Numbered from the stretch's first letter, positions 8,566 through 17,933 are shown. The stretch is DNA of 31,081 nucleotides from an uncultured Clostridia bacterium (GCA_947586185.1 CANPXN010000031.1:1-31081), one strand, 5' to 3'. Translations and numbers: made by a program. Notes: a model not told the origin generated them from the sequence alone.

Positions 8566-9506
8566 CAAAAGCTTTTGAGTGCATTCCCGAAAGGGAATGC
8601 CGAAAAGGCTTTTTTTATAGCTTTACGAAAGCTTTAGCAAAAGTTTATGTTCATTTCTTTGCTCCTGCAAAGAAACGAACCAAAGAAACAGGCAGCTCAA
8701 ACGCCGCAGGGCAGCAAGGCAACACGCACAAAACTTGCACGCAATCTGCTTGATTATTTTCCGCCATATTGCATAGAAACTCCTTGAAATACAAAAGTAT
8801 TCCTGCGTCGTTTCTATACAATCTGGCAAAAAATCCTGCGGCGCATCTTCCGCACAAGTTTTATACGTGTTGCCTTGATTTCGCACCCGGTAGAAACAAA
8901 TAGAAATCTGAAATTTTGCAAGCAAAATTTACAGACTTTCTATTTGCTTCTACATGGGGGTTACTTTAGTGATTTATGAAACATCTTTTTGATTGCTTGT
9001 ACTCATTGGCACTGTCCCTTGTACGCTCTGCTTGTAACTGTTACGTTAATTCTCCCACGGGGAGGCAAGGTTGAGTTCTACCCATTGCTGACTGAGGAGG
9101 CTTGGTCGGCATCGCTTTGCTCGCCTTATTCCTTGAAAGATTCTCCCATCTAAGCGGAGTCTTTGCTTTCTTTTCTTTTCTGCTCCCAGTAACCTGCGAT
9201 GTTTTTGCCGCTATGCGGCAAAAGAGCAAGCGGCGAGAGTTAAAAATGCGGAATGGGGGAGGGAGGTGAGTGGAAAGGGAGTGCAGAGGGAAAACCTACA
9301 GGAGGGAGGGGGAAATCCGCATTTTTGTTGGTTTTTCTCTTTCCCCCTCCCTCCTATAGGTTGTCCCTTTGCTTTTACCTAAGAGGTTTGTCTTCGCTTT
9401 CCCCAAAGCGAAAAAAGTTTTCCGGTCGCTTTCGTAAAGCGGCTAAAAAGTTTACCTATCGCTTTATTCAAAGCAATAAAAGTTTTCCCATAGCTTTTTC
9501 AAAAGC
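8566..9506. repeat. Dispersed structured non-coding element, copy C (carries an extra ~170-nt hairpin domain)
   Basis: The core 8649-9379 aligns with 5003-5570, except that 8710-8881 replaces 11 nt of copy B. The left end matches the left end of copy B. The right mini-hairpin array ends at the rpsT terminator. Confidence 0.85.
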
Positions 9507-9536
9507 AAAAAAGCGTATCCTTAAAAGGATACGCTT
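9506..9536 (-). terminator. Rho-independent terminator of rpsT
   Basis: The hairpin gcgtatcc-ttaaa-aggatacgc is followed by a T-run on the minus strand, about 35 nt after the stop at 9571. Confidence 0.75.
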
Positions 9537-9570
9537 TCATGTATTACTATTCTGATTGCTTAGAGAAAAA

Positions 9571-9831
9571 TTAGCCAGCGGCGTTCAGCTTCTTAGCAAG
9601 CTGAGATTTCTTTCTTGCTGCACAGTTCTTGTGCATAAGGCCCTTGGCAGCAGCCTGATCCACTCTCTTGATTGCAACTCTTACAGCCTCGTTCTTGTCA
9701 GCTGAATTAGCTGCACAGGCAGCGTCTGCCTTCTTGAGAACAGTCTTGAGATTTGACTTTCTTGCCTTGTTGGCAGCAGCCTTTGTCTTATTGACCTTAA
9801 CTCTCTTTGCTGCGGATTTAATGTTAGGCAT
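9571..9831 (-). CDS. rpsT: 30S ribosomal protein S20
   Basis: The 86-aa lysine/alanine-rich ORF starts MPNIKSAAKRVKV, which is typical of S20. A GGGAGG RBS is present. Confidence 0.93.
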   Translation of the reverse strand: MPNIKSAAKRVKVNKTKAAANKARKSNLKTVLKKADAACAANSADKNEAVRVAIKRVDQAAAKGLMHKNCAARKKSQLAKKLNAAG

Positions 9832-10118
9832 CTTGTAAGCACCTCCCTCAAATTATTGGAAACCAAATATATTATTGACATAAAATGTAATAATAATTCG
9901 GAATAAACAGCATAAAATAAAAACAACCGATACTTTAAAAATAAAGCCGACACGACCGTTGTTTTCAGCGGATGTAATGATCATCCGTTTATAACGCTAT
10001 TAATAATTTTACCATTTTACACACTGAATTGCAATAGGCAATTTCCAAATAATATTACAAACTTATACGGTTAAATTAAAGCAATATGCACAACTATGCT
10101 GTGGGAAAGGAGATTTTT

Positions 10119-10967
10119 ATGAATATTAGAACAGACCTTGCCCTTGAGGGGATAAACGCTGCAAAAGTCAGAGATGGAATACGCCGCACTGAAAGGGGAG
10201 AGGCATTTAAGATAACGGAGATAATAATCGAGGAGGACAGGTTCGGCGTTCCCATTGGAAAAAAGAAGGGCAGATATATAACCCTTGAGGGACAGCCGCT
10301 GGGTAGATTTTCGGATAATTACCGTGAAATGGCATATGAGCTTGCCCATGAAATAACGCCTCTTATTCCCGACGGACCTGTGCTTGTTGCAGGGATAGGA
10401 AACAGCGATATTACCCCCGACGCTTTGGGACCGCTGGCGGCAGCGCAGATTCTTGCCACAAGGCATCTCAAAAAGGAGCTTGGGGAGGAAGACGAATTTT
10501 TGTCCAGTCTTAGGCAGGTAAGCGTTCTTGCACCGGGAGTTCTGGGTCAGACCGGCATTGAGGCAGGGGAGCTTCTTTCATCGCTGGAAGAAAGCGTAAA
10601 GCCCTCCTCAATAATAGCGGTTGACGCTCTTGCATGCTCTGACGTAAACCGTCTTGGAACTACCATTCAGATATCCGACTCCGGTATTTCTCCGGGAAGC
10701 GGCGTTCAGAACAGCCGCAGGGAGCTTTCTAAGGAAACCTTAGGAGTACCTGTTATAGCCGTAGGAGTTCCCACAGTTGTGGACATGCACACCATTGTTC
10801 AGGGGCTTACGGGAAAACCGGTCAGCTCGTCGGTGCCCAATATGATGGTTACTCCGAGGGATACGGACAAGCTCACTGAAAGAGCGGCAGGACTTATCGC
10901 ATGCGGAATAAATCTTGCTTTGCACAGTGAGCTTGATTTTGAGGATATTCAGAATATTATGATGTAA
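10119..10967 (+). CDS. gpr: Germination protease GPR (peptidase A25)
   Basis: MNIRTDLALE at the N-terminus, the GIGN..ITPDALGP motif and a length of ~280 aa fit GPR. An AAAGGAG RBS precedes the ATG at 10119, so the longer track ORF start at 10086 is unlikely. Confidence 0.88.
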   Translation: MNIRTDLALEGINAAKVRDGIRRTERGEAFKITEIIIEEDRFGVPIGKKKGRYITLEGQPLGRFSDNYREMAYELAHEITPLIPDGPVLVAGIGNSDITPDALGPLAAAQILATRHLKKELGEEDEFLSSLRQVSVLAPGVLGQTGIEAGELLSSLEESVKPSSIIAVDALACSDVNRLGTTIQISDSGISPGSGVQNSRRELSKETLGVPVIAVGVPTVVDMHTIVQGLTGKPVSSSVPNMMVTPRDTDKLTERAAGLIACGINLALHSELDFEDIQNIMM

Positions 10968-11802
10968 AAAGTCTCCAGAGGCATGCCGCAGCGGCGCAGA
11001 GTATGATTCCGCAAAGCTCCGGTATAAGTACGGCTGCGGCAGTCCATTTAAGGCTGCCGGTTTCTTTTTTTACGGTAAGGCATGCTGTTGAACAAGGGAA
11101 GTGGAACAGTATCATAATTATCATACATAGCGCTGTAAGAGTGCTCCAGCCGTTGTTTACGAAAATTTCCTTCATGACTGCAAGGTCGCCTACCTCAACG
11201 ATTTTCCCCTGAGCTGTATATGCCATAATAATTATCGGGATAACTATTTCATTTGCCGGAAAGCCAAGGAAGAATGCAAGGAGAATAACGCCGTCAAGCC
11301 CTAAAAACAGTCCTATAGGCTCAAGTAACTGGGAGAGGTGGGAGAGCAGGGATGCGTCGGATATGTTTATATTTGCAAGAAGCCATATAAGAAGTCCAGC
11401 CGGAGCGGCGGCGGCACAGGCTCTTCCCAAAACGAAAATTGTTCTGTCAAAAATGGAGCGGACAATGACCTTTCCGATTTGCGGTCTTCTGTATGGCGGA
11501 AGCTCTAAGGTGAACGAGGATGGAACTCCCTTTAAAAGTGTGTGGGAGAGTATCCATGAAACGGCAAAGGTCATAAATATTCCGGCAAGGACTGCCAGAA
11601 GCAGCAGCGCTGAGGAGGCGACTGAGCCTGAAAATCCCTTTGATACGGCAAAAAACATTGCGATTATGGATATGAGCGCCGGAAAGCGTCCGTTGCATGG
11701 CACAAAGTTGTTGGTAAGTATAGCAATAAGCCTTTCCCTCGGAGAGTCGATTATTCGGCAACCGGTTATTCCTGCGGCATTGCAGCCAAAGCCCATGCAC
11801 AT
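10957..11802 (-). pseudogene. feoB: feoB, C-terminal (membrane) fragment, separated from the rest of the gene by the inserted element
   Basis: The ORF begins MCMGFGCNAAG..GCRIIDSPRERLIAILTNNFVPCNGRFP, the conserved gate/membrane region of FeoB. It has no RBS or G-domain of its own. It continues the reading frame of 21573-22828 once the element is removed. Confidence 0.9.
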
Positions 11803-11879
11803 GGATAGTATTAAACCGTTAGTAATTTATGCATACAGTTTATTGCCATGCTAAGCAAGGTGGTTAACCGTATGCCATT

Positions 11880-13508
11880 TTAGTTTATATACTCTTTGGT
11901 TTCGGATTTGCAGGTAAAGCGAAAATAAATTTTTATTTTCTGATGTTTGATTTTTTTGTTTCCTGACTTTTCATAATGTCCTTGGTACACGTCAATTCGT
12001 TCAATCAATTTAAAAAGCAGTTCTGAATTAAGTTCCTTGATGTCAGAATATTCATTAAGAAGATTAAAGTATTTTTGATATGCCTGTTTCTCAAGGGACT
12101 TATTTTCTTGCATCTCTGCATTTTTTTGACATTGCTTTAGCTTTTCCGCAAGCAGTTTACTTTCATTTTCATATTTTTCAAGAAGCTTATTAAAATTATC
12201 ATTGCTTAATCGACCGGAAAAGTTATCGTCATAAATTTTTTCAATTTTGCTGTCAGATTGTTTTATTTTTTTCTGCAATGTTTCCAATTCATCAGATGCT
12301 TTACTTCGCTTTTGGGTTTTGCTGTTTTCCTTTAAAACTTCATTTAAAATTTCCTGTTTGTCCTGTTCTGAAAGATTTATTTGTTCTCTCAGCGTATCAA
12401 GAACGATTTTATAAAGAATATCATAATCAATGAAATGATTTGTACAGGCTTTTGCACCTTTTAATTTATAAGCTCCGCATTCAAGGTTAGCTGTTGAGCC
12501 TTTTTTTCTTGTGCCGACAGTACTCATATTTTTACCGCAGTCGGCACATTTTGCGAGTCCTGAAAAAATATTTACAAAGCTGTTTTTCTTATTGTATGCT
12601 CTGCTCTGGGAATATCTTTGCACTACTTCAAAAGTTTCCTTGTCGATAATAGGTTCATGCGTATTTTCAACAACAAACCAATCGTCTTTGGATTTTGCAA
12701 TAGTAGTTTTAAGTCTGAAAGATACCTTTGTTGTTTTACCCTGTGCCATGTGACCTATGTACACTACATTTTTAAGCATTCGGGAAATAGTTCCAGCTCT
12801 CCATTCTCCGTCTGTTTTATATTTGTTCATATCAAGATGATATTTATTACAACGGTATGTAAGCGGTGAGGGTATATTTTTCATATTAAGATGTTTTGCT
12901 ATATCTGCCGGCTTATTTCCTTTTGAAGCCATGTAAAAAATTTCTTTTACAATGGGTGCGGTTTCTTCGTTAATAAGAAAATGATTTTTGTTTTCAGGGT
13001 CTTTGCAGTAGCCGTATGGAGCAAAATTACCTATGTAATTGCCTTCTTTCATTTTGACAGTAAAAGAAGAACGAATTTTTTTAGAAATGTCACGTGCGTA
13101 CATTTCATTAATAACATTTTTAAATGGTGCAATATCATTGTTTACAGCATTTTCAGAATCATAACCATCATTAATGGCAATATATCTTACCTGTTTTTTT
13201 GGAAAATACACTTCGGTATATTGTCCGGCTGTAATATAATCACGTCCTAAACGTGATAAATCCTTTGTGATAACGGTATTGATTTTATTTTCCTCAATAT
13301 CGTTAATCATTCGGTTAAAGCTTGGTCTGTCAAAGTTTGTGCCTGTGTAACCGTCATCAATATATTCATCATAAATGATGAAATTATTTTCCTTTGCAAA
13401 TGCAGTAAGCATTTTTCTTTGCGTTGTTATACTTGCACTTTCATTTTCTCCGTCTTCTCTTGACAATCTCATATATAAGGCTGCTATATAGCGTGGTTGC
13501 GGTTTCAT
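11880..13508 (-). CDS. Large serine recombinase (resolvase N-domain + recombinase domain + zinc ribbon + coiled coil)
   Basis: The 542-aa ORF has the catalytic-serine context AALYMRLSRED, then DGYTGTNFDRP and LSRLGRDY. It also has a Cys cluster (CADCGKNM...CGAYK....ACTNH) and a K/E-rich coiled-coil tail. An AGGAGG RBS is present. Confidence 0.92.
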   Translation of the reverse strand: MKPQPRYIAALYMRLSREDGENESASITTQRKMLTAFAKENNFIIYDEYIDDGYTGTNFDRPSFNRMINDIEENKINTVITKDLSRLGRDYITAGQYTEVYFPKKQVRYIAINDGYDSENAVNNDIAPFKNVINEMYARDISKKIRSSFTVKMKEGNYIGNFAPYGYCKDPENKNHFLINEETAPIVKEIFYMASKGNKPADIAKHLNMKNIPSPLTYRCNKYHLDMNKYKTDGEWRAGTISRMLKNVVYIGHMAQGKTTKVSFRLKTTIAKSKDDWFVVENTHEPIIDKETFEVVQRYSQSRAYNKKNSFVNIFSGLAKCADCGKNMSTVGTRKKGSTANLECGAYKLKGAKACTNHFIDYDILYKIVLDTLREQINLSEQDKQEILNEVLKENSKTQKRSKASDELETLQKKIKQSDSKIEKIYDDNFSGRLSNDNFNKLLEKYENESKLLAEKLKQCQKNAEMQENKSLEKQAYQKYFNLLNEYSDIKELNSELLFKLIERIDVYQGHYEKSGNKKIKHQKIKIYFRFTCKSETKEYIN

Positions 13509-13548
13509 ATTTTACCTCCTGAACCCAACCTATAACTTATATTATAGG

Positions 13549-13689
13549 CTAATTATACCATGTTTCAGGGCTTGTTTCAATATGAGTATTTAATATTAAT
13601 TCTTTTATTAATTCCTTAATGTTTTTATCTTTAAAATCCGTTTCTATAATGTAAATATCCTTATTTTCTTCAATACTTTCATTATCCAT
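13549..13689 (-). CDS. Small acidic ORF (46 aa) immediately upstream of the serine recombinase; candidate accessory/directionality factor
   Basis: My own translation: MDNESIEENKDIYIIETDFKDKNIKELIKELILNTHIETSPETWYN. A GGAGGTG RBS lies ~7 nt upstream. The ORF is co-oriented with, and 40 nt from, the recombinase ATG. No homology was recognised. Confidence 0.35.
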   Translation of the reverse strand: MDNESIEENKDIYIIETDFKDKNIKELIKELILNTHIETSPETWYN

Positions 13690-13791
13690 TAATAAGCACC
13701 TCCATATTAATGTTTATGTTTAAAGTGCTTTGCTATGCGTATAATTTTAGTATAATAATCCTTAAATTTGCTAATTGCAGAATAATAAAAT

Positions 13792-13847
13792 AAAAAAATA
13801 CTGTCAAGGGCACGAAGTGTGCATTTACCCTTGACAGTATTTTTTTA
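13792..13847. terminator. Bidirectional Rho-independent terminator
   Basis: A perfect 13-bp stem (atactgtcaaggg / cccttgacagtat) is flanked by an A6 run on the left and a T7 run on the right. Confidence 0.7.
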
Positions 13848-13936
13848 TGAGTTATAATGTGCAATCAAATTTAAGGATTTATTGTCATATATAAGTATCG
13901 AATGAATAATATGTAACAATGAAATTTGACAAAAAT

Positions 13937-13963
13937 ATTCGCAGAGTTAGTCACTCTGCGAGT
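13937..13963. other. Candidate tyrosine-recombinase core site L (10-7-10: ATTCGCAGAG TTAGTCA CTCTGCGAGT)
   Basis: Inverted 10-bp arms surround an asymmetric 7-bp spacer. The reverse complement of site R matches it at 26 of 27 positions. Confidence 0.5.
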
Positions 13964-14158
13964 AGAATTTCTAATATTTTATAGATTTATTCTACAACAT
14001 TGAAGAATAAAAGTCAACTCGATTTGTCAATATTTACTATATTTCTGCTTTTTTACTAATTAAGTTACAATTTTTTTGTATAGGTTATATGCTAAAATGG
14101 CTTTAAATTAATCTATTCGGGGTCAAAATATGGGTCAATTATTCAGGAGGTTGTGATA

Positions 14159-15247
14159 ATGCCAAGACGTGGGGAAAATATCAGAAAAAGAACGGACGGA
14201 CGCTGGGAGGGACGCTATATTGAATCCTATTCAAACAGCGGAAAAGCTTGTTATCGCTCTGTTTATGGCACAACATATTCAGATACAAAAGAAAAGTTAA
14301 AGGAATACAAAAAGCTATGTAAAAATACAGTGAGTAAAATAACAGTTAAAGACCTTTGTATAGAATGGCTTAAAATGAAAGAGGACGCTTTAAAACCGTC
14401 CAGTTATGTGAAATACTATAGCTCTATAGAAAAACATATAATACCATGCTTTAAAAGCGTTAAAGCGATGTATTTAACATGTGACCTTGTAAATGATTTT
14501 GTACAAGAAATAAGTTATTTGTCAGAAAAGACAATTCACGATTTACTTACACTATTTATTCAGATAATAAAATACGGACAGTCAAAAAATTATATCGGCT
14601 ACTTTGATTTTAACTCTATTGCATACCCTAAAATCGCAAGTAAGGAATTGGCAGTGTTTAAAAGTTCAGAAGTTACAAGACTTGTAAGCTATGTACAGAT
14701 AACCTTTAAAATAGAGAAAATAGGCGTTTTGCTGTCATTGTTTATGGGCATTCGATTAGGAGAAATTTGTGCATTAAAATGGAAAGATGTAAATTTTTCC
14801 GAAGAAACTATCAGAATTGAAAAAACAATGCAGAGAATAAAAAATATTGATGAAAATGCAGAATCCAAAACTAAGATTGTAATAGACATGCCAAAAAGTC
14901 AAAAATCAATAAGGGATATTCCAATACCGTCATTTATACTTGAGTTATTGAAAAAATATAAATCAGCTGGAAACAATTATTTGCTTACGGGTACGCCGGA
15001 GTTTATAGAACCACGAGTATATCAGGAAATGTTTAAAAGGTATTTGAATGAAGCAGGGGTAGAGGATATAAATTTTCATGCTTTAAGACATACCTTTGCC
15101 ACGAGAGCGGTAGAACAGGATTTTGACGTAAAAAGCCTTAGTGAAATACTAGGGCATTCAAGCGTGAAGTTTACACTTGAAAGATATGTACACCCATCAG
15201 ATGAGTATAAAAAGAAGAATCTTGAAAAGCTGAAAATTTTCTATTAA
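14159..15247 (+). CDS. Tyrosine site-specific recombinase/integrase
   Basis: The N-terminus has an arm-binding-type motif (RKRTDGRWEGRY). The C-terminal catalytic signature includes GIRLGE, HALRHTFATRA, LGHSSVKFTLERYVH. An AGGAGG RBS lies 8 nt before the ATG at 14159. Confidence 0.9.
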   Translation: MPRRGENIRKRTDGRWEGRYIESYSNSGKACYRSVYGTTYSDTKEKLKEYKKLCKNTVSKITVKDLCIEWLKMKEDALKPSSYVKYYSSIEKHIIPCFKSVKAMYLTCDLVNDFVQEISYLSEKTIHDLLTLFIQIIKYGQSKNYIGYFDFNSIAYPKIASKELAVFKSSEVTRLVSYVQITFKIEKIGVLLSLFMGIRLGEICALKWKDVNFSEETIRIEKTMQRIKNIDENAESKTKIVIDMPKSQKSIRDIPIPSFILELLKKYKSAGNNYLLTGTPEFIEPRVYQEMFKRYLNEAGVEDINFHALRHTFATRAVEQDFDVKSLSEILGHSSVKFTLERYVHPSDEYKKKNLEKLKIFY

Positions 15248-15308
15248 TGGTCAAAATTATGGTCAGAAAATCTCATCAATCCCTTATTTGCGTTGTTTAT
15301 AAACGAAA

Positions 15309-15335
15309 ATTCGCAGAGTGACTAACTCTGCGAAT
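15309..15335. other. Candidate tyrosine-recombinase core site R (10-7-10: ATTCGCAGAG TGACTAA CTCTGCGAAT), inverted relative to site L
   Basis: The arms are perfectly palindromic. The 7-bp spacer TGACTAA is the exact reverse complement of the site L spacer TTAGTCA. Confidence 0.5.
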
Positions 15336-15407
15336 AAGGTCAGGCTTTTGGGTTATTTTTAGGTTAACCGAAAAATGAGGAATTATGCAAGTTTAGGGGG
15401 AGTGTTT

Positions 15408-15992
15408 ATGAGTAAAAAGAAAAAAGTATTTATTTTTATTGTAGCAATTTTATTGATTATAGGAATAATAACCAGTTTGTATATCTTTTTTATTATGAAA
15501 AAAGAAAAGTCAGCATTGATATTTGAGACGAGTATGAACGCTATTATTAGTGGGGAATATGATGATAACTTTAAGTACATTAGTTTAGATGGGAAAATTC
15601 AACATAATTTATCTAATGGTGATATATCATCTGCAATAATGGAAAATATTGATTATAAAATTATTGATGTAGAAGAAAATGAAGATTCTTCTATTGTTAC
15701 TGCGGAGTTTACCTATCCTGATGCTGTTGAAATACAAAATAAAATCGTAAATGAAAATTCGAAAATTTCAGAAAAAGACTTACTTTCTAAGTTTCTTTCC
15801 ATTATAAAGTCAGGTGATTTTTCTACAGTAAATTGTACTGCAAAAATTCCATTAATTTGCTTAAATAATGAATGGTATATTTTAGAATCAGAACAGTTCA
15901 GTAATATAATTACTGGTGGAATATATTCGGAGTACATGAAACAAAATGAAGAAGTTTATCAGAAGCTTAAAGAAGTAGAAAGCAAAAAATGA
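15408..15992 (+). CDS. Hypothetical membrane-anchored protein (N-terminal TM, extracytoplasmic domain)
   Basis: MSKKKKVFIFIVAILLIIGIITSLYIFFIM forms a signal-anchor. An AGGGGGA RBS precedes the ATG at 15408. No family was recognised. Confidence 0.6.
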   Translation: MSKKKKVFIFIVAILLIIGIITSLYIFFIMKKEKSALIFETSMNAIISGEYDDNFKYISLDGKIQHNLSNGDISSAIMENIDYKIIDVEENEDSSIVTAEFTYPDAVEIQNKIVNENSKISEKDLLSKFLSIIKSGDFSTVNCTAKIPLICLNNEWYILESEQFSNIITGGIYSEYMKQNEEVYQKLKEVESKK

Positions 15993-16007
15993 AAGGTAAT
16001 AAATTAA

Positions 16008-17306
16008 ATGAAGATTAGACAGTTAATGACTTTTTTTATAGCATGGTTTGTAATGCTAAATTTTTGTTCTCAAGTAACTTTTGCAGATGAGACTTATGAA
16101 AAATGTATTATACCTATTATAAGTGATAAGACAGAAGAACTTACTTGGAATGGACTAAAAAAAGATGGGATAATTTATATTACTTTAGAAGATGCCTGCA
16201 ATCTAACTGGAAGCAAAATTGTTACAAATTCTAATAAAGAATTTGTAACGGAGCGGAACACTGTTAAAATATTTGGAAATTTAGAAGATAATGCAGCTTG
16301 TCTAAGTATTACTGAAATGAGCGCCAATTTGTTTTCGTGGGATGGTAAAAATTTAACATACCCACAAGGTGGACTTTCCAACAGAATATTGTATGAACAG
16401 GCTTTTCATATGGATATGACATATTTTGAAGGTAAAGTATGGGTAGATTTATTTTCTTATGTCAATTGTTTAGGTGCTGACATTAATATTCTTACAGAAG
16501 ATTCTGAAAGTTATAAATATCTTGGTAAAATAAATCTAACGCAATTTGATGGCTGTTATGCTATTGAAATTGGAATTCCGTTTGATGAAATATACTTAGA
16601 ATTTATGAATCATTCTGAACTTCGGTTTGAGTGGATTGACTGGGGACAAGAGGTTGGTGTTTCTGTTGCAAAAGGCTATGATGCAGTAATTAACGATTAT
16701 CAGAATATATTTACTCAAACTTATTATGATAAGTTTAATTCTTCAGATGCCTACTATGATGTTTTATTGAAAGTACTTCAATGTAAACCAATTGATTTTG
16801 GTGAAGAAAATGATTTGCTTGATAACTTGAAAAAGATTCAGGAAGAATATGACAGTCAAGTGAATAGGGGGTTCTTTGTTGCTGATAGATTTTTAAAGAG
16901 CGATGATCCACTTGTTAAAGAAGCAAAAAGTCACCTTGAATTATCAAAAGTGATTTATTCTGCGGCGACTGATTCAGCCAAAGTAGAACAAAAATACATG
17001 ACACTCATTGATACTGTAAGTAAAATGAATGGGATTGAGTTGTCAATTCTTGAAAAGAGTTTACTTGATAATAATCGATATTTACAGATATATGAATATG
17101 ATATTAATAAAACTGGAGACGAACAAGAAAAGATTTTTGTATTAGTTTATGTTGATAACATTCAAAAAAATCCGGATGGTACAATAAGTTGGGACATTGA
17201 ACTTGAATCAACAGGTTATAATAAATACGATGATTTAATAACCGATTATGTTACTTCTGAAAAAGAATTTTATAATGTTACAGAAATAAAAGATAAAGAA
17301 GAATAA
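16008..17306 (+). CDS. Hypothetical secreted protein (432 aa)
   Basis: The N-terminus is signal-peptide-like (MKIRQLMTFFIAWFVMLNFCSQVTFADE). The gene is 15 nt downstream of the previous gene. No family was recognised. Confidence 0.6.
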   Translation: MKIRQLMTFFIAWFVMLNFCSQVTFADETYEKCIIPIISDKTEELTWNGLKKDGIIYITLEDACNLTGSKIVTNSNKEFVTERNTVKIFGNLEDNAACLSITEMSANLFSWDGKNLTYPQGGLSNRILYEQAFHMDMTYFEGKVWVDLFSYVNCLGADINILTEDSESYKYLGKINLTQFDGCYAIEIGIPFDEIYLEFMNHSELRFEWIDWGQEVGVSVAKGYDAVINDYQNIFTQTYYDKFNSSDAYYDVLLKVLQCKPIDFGEENDLLDNLKKIQEEYDSQVNRGFFVADRFLKSDDPLVKEAKSHLELSKVIYSAATDSAKVEQKYMTLIDTVSKMNGIELSILEKSLLDNNRYLQIYEYDINKTGDEQEKIFVLVYVDNIQKNPDGTISWDIELESTGYNKYDDLITDYVTSEKEFYNVTEIKDKEE

Positions 17307-17341
17307 ATGAATTTATAAAAATAACTGGAGAATACGTAAAA

Positions 17342-17812
17342 ATGATTATATACTTTTTTAATCCTACAGGTATAATTATAGCGGCTGTTATTATAATATT
17401 AGTAATGGCAGCCGGATTAATGGAAATAATAACAGTTTTATCAGTAATAGTATACATAATTTTGGAAATACTTCTTACAATTTTTAAATATGAATATATT
17501 AATTTGCCATCATATAAATACGCTACATTAGTTATAAGAATTATTGTATGGGGAATATCTATCAATAGATTTTTTGCTCAAATAGTAAAATATTATAATG
17601 AAAACTCACTTGGTGGATTAATAGTTGGTGGACTTGTAATGCTTTTTGGAGTATATGCATGGCTTTTAATTCTTAGTATTTACTATGAAATAGAATTAAA
17701 ATATTTAGAGTCAAAATCTTATAATGGAATTATAGACGTGTCTTTGTCACTGATAATACCTATAATAGTCGGAATCACAATGGTAAATGCTGTTCATTCA
17801 TTACTTTTTTAA
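17342..17812 (+). CDS. Hypothetical polytopic membrane protein (about 4-5 TM)
   Basis: The 156-aa ORF is dominated by I/L/V-rich hydrophobic stretches. It is the last gene of the plus-strand operon, just before a terminator. Confidence 0.55.
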   Translation: MIIYFFNPTGIIIAAVIIILVMAAGLMEIITVLSVIVYIILEILLTIFKYEYINLPSYKYATLVIRIIVWGISINRFFAQIVKYYNENSLGGLIVGGLVMLFGVYAWLLILSIYYEIELKYLESKSYNGIIDVSLSLIIPIIVGITMVNAVHSLLF

Positions 17813-17861
17813 ATTCAATTATAAACGAATTGATTTCTTACTCCCCACAAAAATAATAATC

Positions 17862-17905
17862 AAAAAAATTCTGTATGTTCTTTCAAAACATACAGAATTT
17901 TTTTG
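17862..17905. terminator. Bidirectional terminator between convergent operons
   Basis: The stem attctgtatgtt / aacatacagaat is flanked by an A7 run and a T7 run. Confidence 0.7.
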
Positions 17906-17933
17906 CATTTCAGCAATTAAGGAGTTAAGAATA

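Noticed and set aside
8553-9555. Track ORFs 8553-8753, 8623-8925, 8651-8857, 9041-9229 and 9253-9555 inside repeat copy C
   Set aside because: The reasoning is the same as for copy B. Several of these run through the 172-nt hairpin insertion that is absent from copy B.
9955-10118. Forespore sigma-F/G promoter for gpr
   Set aside because: Only weak partial matches were seen (for example TGAATT ... AATAATA). They are not good enough to call by eye.
10071-10466. 131-aa minus-strand ORF opposite gpr
   Set aside because: It is antisense to a confidently identified GPR gene. There is no RBS and the sequence is Cys/Arg-rich and not protein-like.
11363-11854. 163-aa plus-strand ORF and 117-aa minus-strand ORF (11447-11800) over the feoB C-terminal fragment
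   Set aside because: These are alternative frames of a clearly recognisable FeoB membrane domain, and their composition is not protein-like.
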